In this document: positions 36,154-43,537 of the stretch, piece after piece
Layout: every line of letters starts with the position of its first letter
How positions within the stretch are numbered: position 1 is the stretch's first letter
Source: a virus
Length of the DNA stretch: 52,879 bases
Virus record (IMG/VR): IMGVR_UViG_3300045988_062993
Coordinates: 1-52,879 of that record
Direction: 5' to 3' (one strand)
Notes under the pieces: generated by a model
Seen by the model: the letters and a program-made list of their open reading frames with translations, nothing else
What the model was told of the DNA's origin: nothing
Databases searched by the model: none
Made by a program: the position numbers and the translations under genes

Positions 36154-36537
36154 TCAAATTCTTACAGGCTGCGCTCCGTACCCGTCGCGCACCACTATGC
36201 CGTCTTTTTCTGAAATGTACATCCACGTCTTGAATGGGAAATTTGCAGCCGGAATACCTGCTTCAAGAGCAGCCTGTTCCAACATCACGCATGGCCCATA
36301 GTCACACCCAACGGAGATTTTTGCCCACGCCTTTGCTTCTTTCTCAATCCTCATTGCCAGTTCTTTTTTGAAAACTTCAACCTGTTTCTTTGAGATTTTC
36401 TTTGCCGTAGAATCCGCAAGTAGACACGTCACAATAGACGTGTAGCCGTTATCCCCATTGCTATGCGGCTGGTTGGCAGTCACTTTTTCCACCCACCAGT
36501 TGACGGCCTTTTCAATGGTTTCTTTGGCCAAAGTCAT
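36154..36537 (-). CDS. Hypothetical protein (127 aa)
   Basis: Track ORF in an operon context. Confidence 0.5.
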   Translation of the reverse strand: MTLAKETIEKAVNWWVEKVTANQPHSNGDNGYTSIVTCLLADSTAKKISKKQVEVFKKELAMRIEKEAKAWAKISVGCDYGPCVMLEQAALEAGIPAANFPFKTWMYISEKDGIVVRDGYGAQPVRI

Positions 36538-36555
36538 GATGCTTTCCGCCTTTCT

Positions 36556-36894
36556 TTAGAAGAGTTCTCTTATCTTTTCCGGCCACCGGCGCTGGCTCCG
36601 TTCCAACTTGCAGATCATCGCGGCCAGCTGGATTGCTTCAACCGCCATGTGGACGGCGCGGTACTGCATTTCCTTCAGGTCTTCTTCCGGGATTTGTAAA
36701 TCTCCCTTAACTTCATTCCACAGGCGTTCTTCAATCCACCTGTCCAGCAGATAGCGTTCCGCTTCTGCCTCGCTCATTTCCTCCCGGATCACAGCCCACC
36801 CTTCATGTGCGCTATGGAACATCGGGAAATTCCGGTTTGCAGCTCTCAGTTCCTTTTTAACCAGCAAACGGACATCTTTTTCTACAGCATCCAT
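36556..36894 (-). CDS. Hypothetical helical protein (possibly MazG-like)
   Basis: SAHEGWAVIREEMSEAE resembles the HEG.AV..EE..E pattern of MazG-like NTP-PPases. The resemblance is weak. Confidence 0.45.
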   Translation of the reverse strand: MDAVEKDVRLLVKKELRAANRNFPMFHSAHEGWAVIREEMSEAEAERYLLDRWIEERLWNEVKGDLQIPEEDLKEMQYRAVHMAVEAIQLAAMICKLERSQRRWPEKIRELF

Positions 36895-36912
36895 TATTTT
36901 TTCTCCTGATTT

Positions 36913-37548
36913 TTATTTTTTAGCGGCTTTTTCAGCTGCTTCCTGGGCAGCCAAGTCCTGCAAGTCATCGTGCATCTTTTCGACGATCCTACTCTGCCGT
37001 CTTGACATCAGCTCTGCTATGATTTCGTCCAGATCATTCGCCACGTCATCTTTGATATTCATAGGCGCAATCAGCGCCCGAAGGATCATTCCGTCCTTCA
37101 CAGCATAGATAAACCTGCAATCCTGATTGGTAGGGCGCACACAAATCTGCGCAAATTCCTTGTTCAGCTCGCCTTCCACCGGTTTCAGCAGTTCTGACCG
37201 AATGAACCCGACGCTGCCGTCAGGATTTCGCAACGCGATAAGTTCTTCTCCGTTGATAACGATCCGCGTCTTGATTTCAGAGGTGGTTCCTTCATGTTCC
37301 GGCTCGTCATCCCACCTCACGCCGTACAGTTTTCCGTCGATGGTGTATTCTTCATGGTAGAAGATGTTCTTCATCTTCTTCTGCGGAATGCCCAGCATAG
37401 CGCCCAGCTCTCCCGCGTCCTGTGTTCTGGGGTAGCCATCCATGCAGTAAAAGGCGCTCCCCGTGCCGACAAAAATTCTGCCGCCGTTGTTGATTACCTC
37501 ACAATGACCGCAGTTCTTGATCTGGGCAGCCAGTGCAGAAAGTTTCAT
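36913..37548 (-). CDS. Hypothetical protein (211 aa)
   Basis: Track ORF. Confidence 0.55.
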   Translation of the reverse strand: MKLSALAAQIKNCGHCEVINNGGRIFVGTGSAFYCMDGYPRTQDAGELGAMLGIPQKKMKNIFYHEEYTIDGKLYGVRWDDEPEHEGTTSEIKTRIVINGEELIALRNPDGSVGFIRSELLKPVEGELNKEFAQICVRPTNQDCRFIYAVKDGMILRALIAPMNIKDDVANDLDEIIAELMSRRQSRIVEKMHDDLQDLAAQEAAEKAAKK

Positions 37549-37730
37549 CTTTTCACCACCTCCACGTCCGGCTCTCCATCTTCGATGAACTTAGGGTAGG
37601 CACTCTTTGCGTGTTTCCTTGCTTCGCGGACTGCTGCATTCGCATTTTTTGCTTCCAGCTTATACGGCAGATACAAATTTTCCTTCGTATAGCTGTCAAT
37701 GCCAAACAGCATGATACTGAACTTTGTCAT
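37545..37730 (-). CDS. Hypothetical protein (61 aa)
   Basis: Track ORF with an AGAAGGGAG RBS. Confidence 0.45.
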   Translation of the reverse strand: MTKFSIMLFGIDSYTKENLYLPYKLEAKNANAAVREARKHAKSAYPKFIEDGEPDVEVVKR

Positions 37731-37759
37731 CGTTTGCTCCCTTCTATTTATTTTTTCTG

Positions 37760-37806
37760 TCGGTGGGCACTTCCGGGCTTGAACCGGGCGGGGCCTGTCC
37801 CATGCT
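37760..37806 (-). ncRNA. Degenerate tRNA-3'-half-like element (T-arm mimic) following a terminator hairpin
   Basis: Minus sense reads GAGCATGGGACAGGCCCCGC-CCGG-TTCAAGC-CCGG-AAGTGCCCACCGA. It is preceded by the hairpin 37817..37846 and TTTTATAT. Confidence 0.2.
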
Positions 37807-37850
37807 CATATAAAAGGCAGCCGCCGCACCGGGCGGTTGCCTGCCAGAAT

Positions 37851-38231
37851 TTATGACTTCGCTTCGACCGACGGAAGAATGTCGGTGTGGAAATAAAGTT
37901 TGTAGTGGTACGGGTCAGTGTGCGTGCCCGTGATATCCTCCACGACATACATTGTGTAGTCGTTCAGATAGATATAGTTTTTGCGGTAGGTGTACGGCCC
38001 AATTTTCACAGTGCAGACCAACTCGTTGTTGCTGTTGTTGGAGATAGACATATAGCCTTCTGCTTCCAGAATGACTGTATCGGTTCTGGCATTGTAGACC
38101 GTGATCTTGCGCTCACTCTCGAAGTAATCTGCCTGCTTCGAGATATTGTAATTGGCCTTGTCCGCTTCGCTATCACAGCTGCATAACAGCAGTGATGCCA
38201 GCAGAGCAATGGTCAGAAAGAACTTTTTCAT
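37851..38231 (-). CDS. Lipoprotein (126 aa)
   Basis: MKKFFLTIALLASLLLCSCDSE is a signal peptide plus lipobox-like Cys. Uses the internal ATG of the track ORF. Confidence 0.6.
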   Translation of the reverse strand: MKKFFLTIALLASLLLCSCDSEADKANYNISKQADYFESERKITVYNARTDTVILEAEGYMSISNNSNNELVCTVKIGPYTYRKNYIYLNDYTMYVVEDITGTHTDPYHYKLYFHTDILPSVEAKS

Positions 38232-38310
38232 TTTTCGTCCTTTTGCTATGCGTTTATGTACGGACAGGCTACCGGTGTTATCAGATCGTGGCAAATATGG
38301 CTGTCTGTCT

Positions 38311-38727
38311 TTATTTCTCATTCTGCTTTTTCTTCCTTCTTTTCGACATTTCAAGAATTTCAGAAACCAACTCAACCAGCCGTTCCAGCTCACACCGCGC
38401 ATCATAAAATCCATGGACGTGCCCGCTCTCATACGCATAGGAAAAAATCTTTTCAGCGGCAGCGCGGGGCAAATCGTGCCCTATGTCTTCCTGTATTTTC
38501 TGGTATACCAATTCGTGAACCGCCAGGAAACCTTTATTTTTCAGCGTATTCAGGCGGGCCACTTCATCCTGAAATTTTTTGTTTTCCTCTGCCAATTTAT
38601 CCCGGTTCCATTTGACTGACATATTTTCGTCAAAGATATGCCCCGCCTTGTATTTCTGCATTCCCACCGGTTTACAAGACATTGCGTTTACCCGGTCAAA
38701 TTCTCTTTGGATGTCATCCCAATCCAT
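38311..38727 (-). CDS. Hypothetical protein (138 aa)
   Basis: Track ORF. Confidence 0.5.
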   Translation of the reverse strand: MDWDDIQREFDRVNAMSCKPVGMQKYKAGHIFDENMSVKWNRDKLAEENKKFQDEVARLNTLKNKGFLAVHELVYQKIQEDIGHDLPRAAAEKIFSYAYESGHVHGFYDARCELERLVELVSEILEMSKRRKKKQNEK

Positions 38728-38749
38728 TTCAACTTCTCCTTTTCTGTTC

Positions 38750-39631
38750 TCACCGTTCTTCCCCCATCAGATCGTCCATGCTCAACTGACCACTGACGTT
38801 GTCATCTTCCATCCACCAGCGGAACACGTCCATGCCGGTCTGCCAGTTGCACGGCAAGCCTTTTGCTTTTCTGACATCAAGCATTCGTTCAAACGCCGAG
38901 ATGTACATTTTCTCGTAGGCTGGCCAGCGCATAAACTCACGCTGTCTGCTCCCCCTACCGGCCATAGGACAGCCGATGCAGCCAACACGCTTCTGCCCTT
39001 CGCAATACAATGGATTGATAGGCAGGTGTTCGCTATGCGTGTAGTCCCACACATCATCGTCAGACCAATCCACGATCGGATTTACGGTCATCTTGCCCTT
39101 AAGGTTGCAAGTCTCGAACAGTTGTCGTTTTTCATCGTTGTCGCCCATTAAGACGATTCTTTTCGCATGGTCTTTGTGCATCAGTTCCATCACGCCACGA
39201 CTGTTTTTTCGCCGTGCAGATTCTGCCCACCGAACGCCTGTGGCGATAAACCGATTCTTTCCCGTGTTTTCCTTCAGAACATCACAGCAATACCGCACAA
39301 GTCTTGTCGGTGGCATCAGCTTTTGCGAAATCAGTGTCCACATGGACACTGGTTTGTCCTTGTATCGTGGCATGACGATGGAGCATTTGATTCCACGCTC
39401 TTCCATCGCCTTGAACTGCTCACGAATGAAATAGACCGTCTCCGGCGCATCTGCTGTGGTATGGCTGTTGACCGCCTCGAAGTTGATTCCAGCACGTTCA
39501 GCCAGCGCTACAAGCACCTGTGAATCCTTACCGCCAGAGTATGTGACCATGAGCGGTTTCTTGTACCGATGCTCAGACAGCCGTGCAGCGTCCTGCAACC
39601 TTGCGATAGCAAGCTGTTCTTTATCCATCAC
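38750..39631 (-). CDS. PAPS-reductase-family (adenine-nucleotide alpha-hydrolase) protein
   Basis: The PP-loop region is VTYSGGKDSQVLVAL. C-terminal Cys motifs are CEGQKRVGCIGCP. Confidence 0.75.
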   Translation of the reverse strand: MMDKEQLAIARLQDAARLSEHRYKKPLMVTYSGGKDSQVLVALAERAGINFEAVNSHTTADAPETVYFIREQFKAMEERGIKCSIVMPRYKDKPVSMWTLISQKLMPPTRLVRYCCDVLKENTGKNRFIATGVRWAESARRKNSRGVMELMHKDHAKRIVLMGDNDEKRQLFETCNLKGKMTVNPIVDWSDDDVWDYTHSEHLPINPLYCEGQKRVGCIGCPMAGRGSRQREFMRWPAYEKMYISAFERMLDVRKAKGLPCNWQTGMDVFRWWMEDDNVSGQLSMDDLMGEER

Positions 39632-40170
39632 TTGACCTCTCTTATAATCCAGACCCGGTGTTCACCGTATCCTTCCCAGTTCAGCGCATCCTCATGACTG
39701 TCAGAAACAGCCACGTCCAGCTTGTTGCCCTGAATAGCTGCACCGCGATCCTGCACAACGCGCACGCCAATGCCTTCTATGTACAGAACCGTTCCAAATG
39801 GCAGGCTTTCGTCTGCCGCAACGGTCAGCCCCGCCGTCACCGGTGCGCCACTGGCGGTGATGCCGTCGCCGGTGCCGCAAATGTGCGGGTATTCTTCTGT
39901 GCAGTACGCCGTACACAGAAATTCCCCGGCATATTCCTTTGTCAGCCCATCCGGCAGGGCATTTTCATTGGCGGCAGTCTGTAACTGGTCGATAACTTCT
40001 TCATCCTGAATTGCCCTGTCCTGCCAGTTTGCCAGACGGGCGGAATAGATAATACGCTGTCCTTCCAGATCGTTGATCCGATTCTCCAAAGCTGCATTCC
40101 TTGCACCTCCGATAAGCGTAGCCGTCAGGAGCGCGGCAAGCACCGCTTTATTGACTGTTGACATTTTCAC
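39628..40170 (-). CDS. 3D-domain (MltA-like) cell-wall-acting protein with an N-terminal membrane anchor
   Basis: FLCTAYCTEE...CGTGDGITASGAPV..GLTVAADESLPFGT.LYIEG.G.RVVQDRGAAIQGNKLDV matches the 3D domain. GTG at 40170 lies 7 nt after AGGAGG. Confidence 0.7.
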   Translation of the reverse strand: MKMSTVNKAVLAALLTATLIGGARNAALENRINDLEGQRIIYSARLANWQDRAIQDEEVIDQLQTAANENALPDGLTKEYAGEFLCTAYCTEEYPHICGTGDGITASGAPVTAGLTVAADESLPFGTVLYIEGIGVRVVQDRGAAIQGNKLDVAVSDSHEDALNWEGYGEHRVWIIREVK

Positions 40171-42013
40171 TTCCAAACCTCCTTTTCGTCACCGCGATTG
40201 GAAACTCTTCTATCTCACTTGCCCAGCGTGCCGTGCCTTTCCCGTATGTAGTCTCCCACACTAGAGGAAATCCGCCGATTCCGTCAAACAAGCTACCCAG
40301 CGTTGCGCCCGCCGGAAGGTATTGCTTCATTTTCTGGGCGATCCAGAACCACTGCGGCAGGGCAATGGAATTTCCAAGTGCTTTGTACCGCGGACTGTCT
40401 GCCGCCTTGTGCTTTTTCCCTTTGGTATCCGTCCACTCTCCAATGTCCGTCCACCCGTCCGGGTAGCCTTGCAGGCGTTCACATTCTGTTGGTGTCAGTC
40501 TGCGGACTATCCACCGAATTTTCGTTTCCGTTAGAACAGACTGCTGATTTTGCCCCGCTTTCTCTCTCGCCGACAGCGCTGGAAATGTTCCGTTCTCGCT
40601 ATATATCCGCCGAGCCTGATTATCCCACGGCGTCAAACAATCTTTCGGCTCTGTCACAATCGCTGTATAGTCCATGACCCTACTTTCATGATCTCCCGTA
40701 ATAGTTGGAACCGTCTTTCCGTTCCCATTACCTCTTGCGTCATATACCTCCACAACAGCAGATGGTGTATGTGCACTGGCTGCCAGAGGATGGCACGGGT
40801 CGCCCCAGCACGGACGGCTCCCGTTCTGTGGGCTTGTTATCTGTGTTGTGTCAAACGGCATCGCGTCAAGAATTCTGCATCTGACCAGCATATCGTTGTA
40901 AGCATCTTGTCCGTTGTAGCTTCCAGCGTGAGCGCCGGGCGAAAGAGTACCTGTTTTTTCCTGAATCGGCATCGGCTGAACTATAGCAAGTCCGCCCTGA
41001 TTCTTTGTTGGGTTTGCGTCAGAGCAGTCCAGTGTTTTGCTCACATTTGTTTCATTGAACCCGCTGTATGGATTTGCCGATTTCATGCTGTTGCTTGATA
41101 ACGGATTTATGGAATACGCAACTGCGTGACGGTCAATTGTGTTCAGTGTATATCCCACTTCTTCTTTTGCGCCCAAGCCGTTCGCCCCTGCCGTATCGGC
41201 GCAGTCAACGATGTTTCCCGCAATGCAATAGCACACGCCATGTTCATGCCGCGCCTGTAGAGTAAAGGCCGGGTCTCCATTCTTTCCAAGTCCAAGACCT
41301 GTTTTTTCTCCCATCGAGATGTGCCTTGTAGCAATTTGTGTGTTTATTGGGATCACTTCCCCAGCTTGCACTAGCTGGAAGAGCGTCTGGTCTTGGAGTG
41401 TCGATAGCGTCCCGACTTTTTCTGTTTGCACAAGTGCGCCCTTTCCGCCGCCTGCGCATCCTGAACGGATTTTAAGAGTGTACGCAGCTGCTTCTCCGCT
41501 TTCTCTCTTATCCGTTCTTTTCTCTCGGCTAGAGCAGCTAACTTCTCCCGTCTTATCCGCTTCTGCTCTTCCGCAATCAGCATCTCCATCGCCTTTGCAG
41601 CTGCACCCGGTTCCCACCACTCCATCATTTCCAGCAGGGCGGTTTGTAGCAAGTCCTGCAATTCCTTTCCACGCCGGGATGCACGAATCATAATGCCCAG
41701 GCACGCTTTCGCGCTCAAATAGTATTTCTCCGGCACGTCCACCTGCAAAATCCACGACAAGAGCGATACGTTTTCTTCTCTGGGGCACTCCCCAATATTG
41801 AGCGTCGAGCTGTCGCCAAGCCAGAGACCATCCGTTTCCGGCGATTGCTCCGGCTTTGCTCCATCTGCCCCCCCCTCGGAGGTCCAGGAACAGCAGCGTC
41901 CGCTTGTCCAATGCGGGCAAGTTCTTCCAGCACGGCACGGAAATCTCTTCCTCCGTTTGAACTGAATGCTCCGGGTACGTTTTCCCAAATAGCGAAAGTT
42001 GGATACAGTCCAT
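40148..42013 (-). CDS. DNA (cytosine-5) methyltransferase, distal frame: motifs VIII, TRD, IX and X, then motif I at the C-terminus
   Basis: The motifs are QYWGVPQRRKRIALV (VIII), RRLTPTECERLQGYPDGWT (IX), YKALGNSIALP (X), then LGSLFDGIGGFPL...WASEIEEFPIAVT (I). This frame is only joined to the upstream part if the G8 run at 41868..41875 were G7. Confidence 0.7.
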   Translation of the reverse strand: MDCIQLSLFGKTYPEHSVQTEEEISVPCWKNLPALDKRTLLFLDLRGGGRWSKAGAIAGNGWSLAWRQLDAQYWGVPQRRKRIALVVDFAGGRAGEILFERESVPGHYDSCIPAWKGIAGLATNRPAGNDGVVGTGCSCKGDGDADCGRAEADKTGEVSCSSREKRTDKRESGEAAAYTLKIRSGCAGGGKGALVQTEKVGTLSTLQDQTLFQLVQAGEVIPINTQIATRHISMGEKTGLGLGKNGDPAFTLQARHEHGVCYCIAGNIVDCADTAGANGLGAKEEVGYTLNTIDRHAVAYSINPLSSNSMKSANPYSGFNETNVSKTLDCSDANPTKNQGGLAIVQPMPIQEKTGTLSPGAHAGSYNGQDAYNDMLVRCRILDAMPFDTTQITSPQNGSRPCWGDPCHPLAASAHTPSAVVEVYDARGNGNGKTVPTITGDHESRVMDYTAIVTEPKDCLTPWDNQARRIYSENGTFPALSAREKAGQNQQSVLTETKIRWIVRRLTPTECERLQGYPDGWTDIGEWTDTKGKKHKAADSPRYKALGNSIALPQWFWIAQKMKQYLPAGATLGSLFDGIGGFPLVWETTYGKGTARWASEIEEFPIAVTKRRFGSENVNSQ

Positions 42014-42197
42014 TTGTGCTTGACCTCATTTCCTTTATGATCCGAACCGCCTCCATGAACAGTCCAGATCGTTTTCCCGCAAGTCCTGCCCTGCGGCCTG
42101 CAATGGACAAGTCTTGACACGGCGAACCAAAAGTGATGCAGTACACGGGTTCTATTTGGTCGCCATGTATCTTTGTGATATCTCCTAGATGAATCAT
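41715..42197 (-). CDS. DNA (cytosine-5) methyltransferase, proximal frame: motifs IV and VI, terminating out of frame after the G8 run
   Basis: The ATG at 42197 forms an ATGA overlap with the upstream ORF and has a GAGGTGGAG RBS. The motifs are MIHLGDITKI..., FGSPCQDLSIAG (IV) and FAIWENVPGAF (VI). Confidence 0.7.
   Translation of the reverse strand: MIHLGDITKIHGDQIEPVYCITFGSPCQDLSIAGRRAGLAGKRSGLFMEAVRIIKEMRSSTNGLYPTFAIWENVPGAFSSNGGRDFRAVLEELARIGQADAAVPGPPRGGQMEQSRSNRRKRMVSGLATARRSILGSAPEKKTYRSCRGFCRWTCRRNTI
41868..41875 (-). repeat. Homopolymer G8 (C8 on the plus strand) at the frame junction of the methyltransferase
   Basis: Minus sense reads ...cct ccg aGGGGGGGG cag... Confidence 0.9.
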
Positions 42198-42394
42198 TTC
42201 TCCACCTCTTTGGATTTGATTGCCAACCACCACAGTGCGGCGTGAAGCGCGAAGCCCGGGCAAGCCTGAACCGTCACCTGACTTGCAACGATTTTAATTG
42301 CTTCTTCGATTTCTTCTCGTGGCGGCATTGACGTATGAAGAAATCTTGCCTTTGCAATCTTCTCTAATGTTCTGATTGCATCAACATACAGCAC
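42194..42394 (-). CDS. Hypothetical protein (66 aa), translationally coupled to the methyltransferase
   Basis: GTG start follows ATAGGAGG. Its stop overlaps the MTase ATG. Confidence 0.45.
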   Translation of the reverse strand: MLYVDAIRTLEKIAKARFLHTSMPPREEIEEAIKIVASQVTVQACPGFALHAALWWLAIKSKEVEK

Positions 42395-42432
42395 GTTTTT
42401 GACCTCCTATTGGTTTCATCTCATAACTCTTG

Positions 42433-42509
42433 CACGGGTGGCCGGAATCGAACCGGCTTGTCTTCCGCTGGGGGATCAGGACGGCAGGCAACTTCCTTAC
42501 TACACCCGC
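42433..42509 (-). ncRNA. tRNA-like element (77 nt): 7-bp acceptor stem plus a canonical T-arm, but no foldable anticodon arm
   Basis: GCGGGTG...GCCGG-TTCGATT-CCGGC-CACCCGT-G. A short D-like stem GTAA/TTGC is present. I could not form a 5-bp/7-nt anticodon arm. Confidence 0.3.
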
Positions 42510-42512
42510 ATA

Positions 42513-42547
42513 TCAAAATCCACCGCGCAAGAGAGGTGGCGCGGTGG
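42513..42547 (-). terminator. Intrinsic terminator-like hairpin immediately 5' of the tRNA-like element
   Basis: CCACCGCGC-cacctctctt-GCGCGGTGG followed by ATTTTGATAT. Confidence 0.5.
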
Positions 42548-42801
42548 GGCGACCCGTTGCGGTCGGGTCTGCTGCCTTTTGCCTGGGCAATTGGGACAGG
42601 GCGTTTCTGCGCTCACGCTGCGACGTGCCATTCAGCTTATGCTGGACTGCCATGCGGGCACGGTTTAGGAAATACGGACAGGTCGGATTTTCACCGCCTT
42701 ATACGGAAGGTTAGCGCTGCTTTTTCAGCATCCGTATTTCCCTGCCAGTTTTGGAAGATGAACAAACCTTGACCGGCTTCCATGGAATATGCGAGCAAAG
42801 C

Positions 42802-42855
42802 GGCGCAGGCGGGGTTCGACCCCGCTCCCAGCGTGCTGTGGGCACACCCTGCGCC
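42802..42855 (-). ncRNA. Mini tRNA-like element (54 nt): perfect 7-bp acceptor-like stem and two hairpins
   Basis: GGCGCAG-G-GTGTGC.CCACA.GCACGC-TGGGA-GCGGGG.TCGAA.CCCCGC-CTGCGCC. Confidence 0.2.
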
Positions 42856-42924
42856 ATATAAAAACCGCCCGGCCTTCACACATGACAACTGCTGCTTATC
42901 TGCTGAAAACTCTGGCCGGGCGGT
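42856..42924 (-). terminator. Long-loop hairpin plus U-tract immediately 5' of the mini tRNA-like element
   Basis: ACCGCCCGGCC, a 39-nt loop, then GGCCGGGCGGT followed by TTTTTATAT. Confidence 0.4.
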
Positions 42925-42929
42925 TACAT

Positions 42930-43388
42930 TCAGTTTGTTTTGTGGTGTGTCACACTATATTCTTCGCATTCCTTGTTGTACCCATCGCAGGGCGCGCACC
43001 GCTGCGACGTGATACGGAACGTATGTTGACACTGTTCACTCTTCTGTTTGCCCTTCTTCGGGGCTGAATTGGTCTTTGTGGATCTAGCAAGGTTCTTCAT
43101 TTCTTTTGCCTTATATAAGTAGGTGCCAGTGCCCAGTGGCACCGCATTCAAGCGGAGCTTTGGTTGAACCCTGCGTGTCCGGTAACGGCGCTTGTTGTGA
43201 ACGGCCCATCCCGGTTTTTCTGGCGGTAAAAGCGTATGTGTCAGGTCGTCCAGTCCTTCATAGAATCGCTTGACGTCCTCTGTGATTTTCTCAAACGCAT
43301 CTTTGATCGTCTGATACATTTTCAGCAGGTCGCCCACCGGGTCTTCGGACCATTCCCGCGTGCCGTGTTCAGGATCGGTCGTCGTCAT
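42930..43388 (-). CDS. Hypothetical protein (152 aa)
   Basis: Internal ATG (MTTTDPEHG...) of track ORF 42930..43415. Confidence 0.5.
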   Translation of the reverse strand: MTTTDPEHGTREWSEDPVGDLLKMYQTIKDAFEKITEDVKRFYEGLDDLTHTLLPPEKPGWAVHNKRRYRTRRVQPKLRLNAVPLGTGTYLYKAKEMKNLARSTKTNSAPKKGKQKSEQCQHTFRITSQRCAPCDGYNKECEEYSVTHHKTN

Positions 43389-43533
43389 TGGCTTTCCGTT
43401 CCTTCCGCGCCGCAAACTGTGCAGCGCCTTCCGGGTATCTTGTGGGCTTCCCGGTCAGGTCTGCCGTTGCGGCAAACTCCCGCAGGATATGCAGCAGAGG
43501 GACAGCAACAACGCCGGTTACTTTCACGCTCAT
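43369..43533 (-). CDS. Hypothetical small protein (54 aa)
   Basis: ATG at 43533 follows ACGGGGG, directly after the upstream stop. Confidence 0.35.
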   Translation of the reverse strand: MSVKVTGVVAVPLLHILREFAATADLTGKPTRYPEGAAQFAARKERKANDDDRS

Positions 43534-43537
43534 AGGT

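Noticed and set aside
41371-42120. The third-frame 249-aa ORF in the methyltransferase region as an independent gene
   Set aside because: The protein-like part has no start codon or RBS of its own. Its wobble positions are purine-rich, as expected for first codon positions of the overlapping MTase frame. It is reported only as a frame reachable through the G-tract.
42433-42509. Calling this element a bona fide tRNA gene
   Set aside because: The acceptor stem and T-arm are convincing. However, no 5-bp stem with a 7-nt loop and U33 could be formed in the central 45 nt, and the D-loop would be only 5 nt. It is kept as tRNA-like only, pending tRNAscan or Infernal.
42691-42888. A 65-aa minus-strand ORF inside the non-coding island
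   Set aside because: It has no RBS, it runs through the acceptor-like stem and hairpins, and its composition is unlike neighbouring genes. The embedded 30-aa ATG ORF also lacks an RBS.
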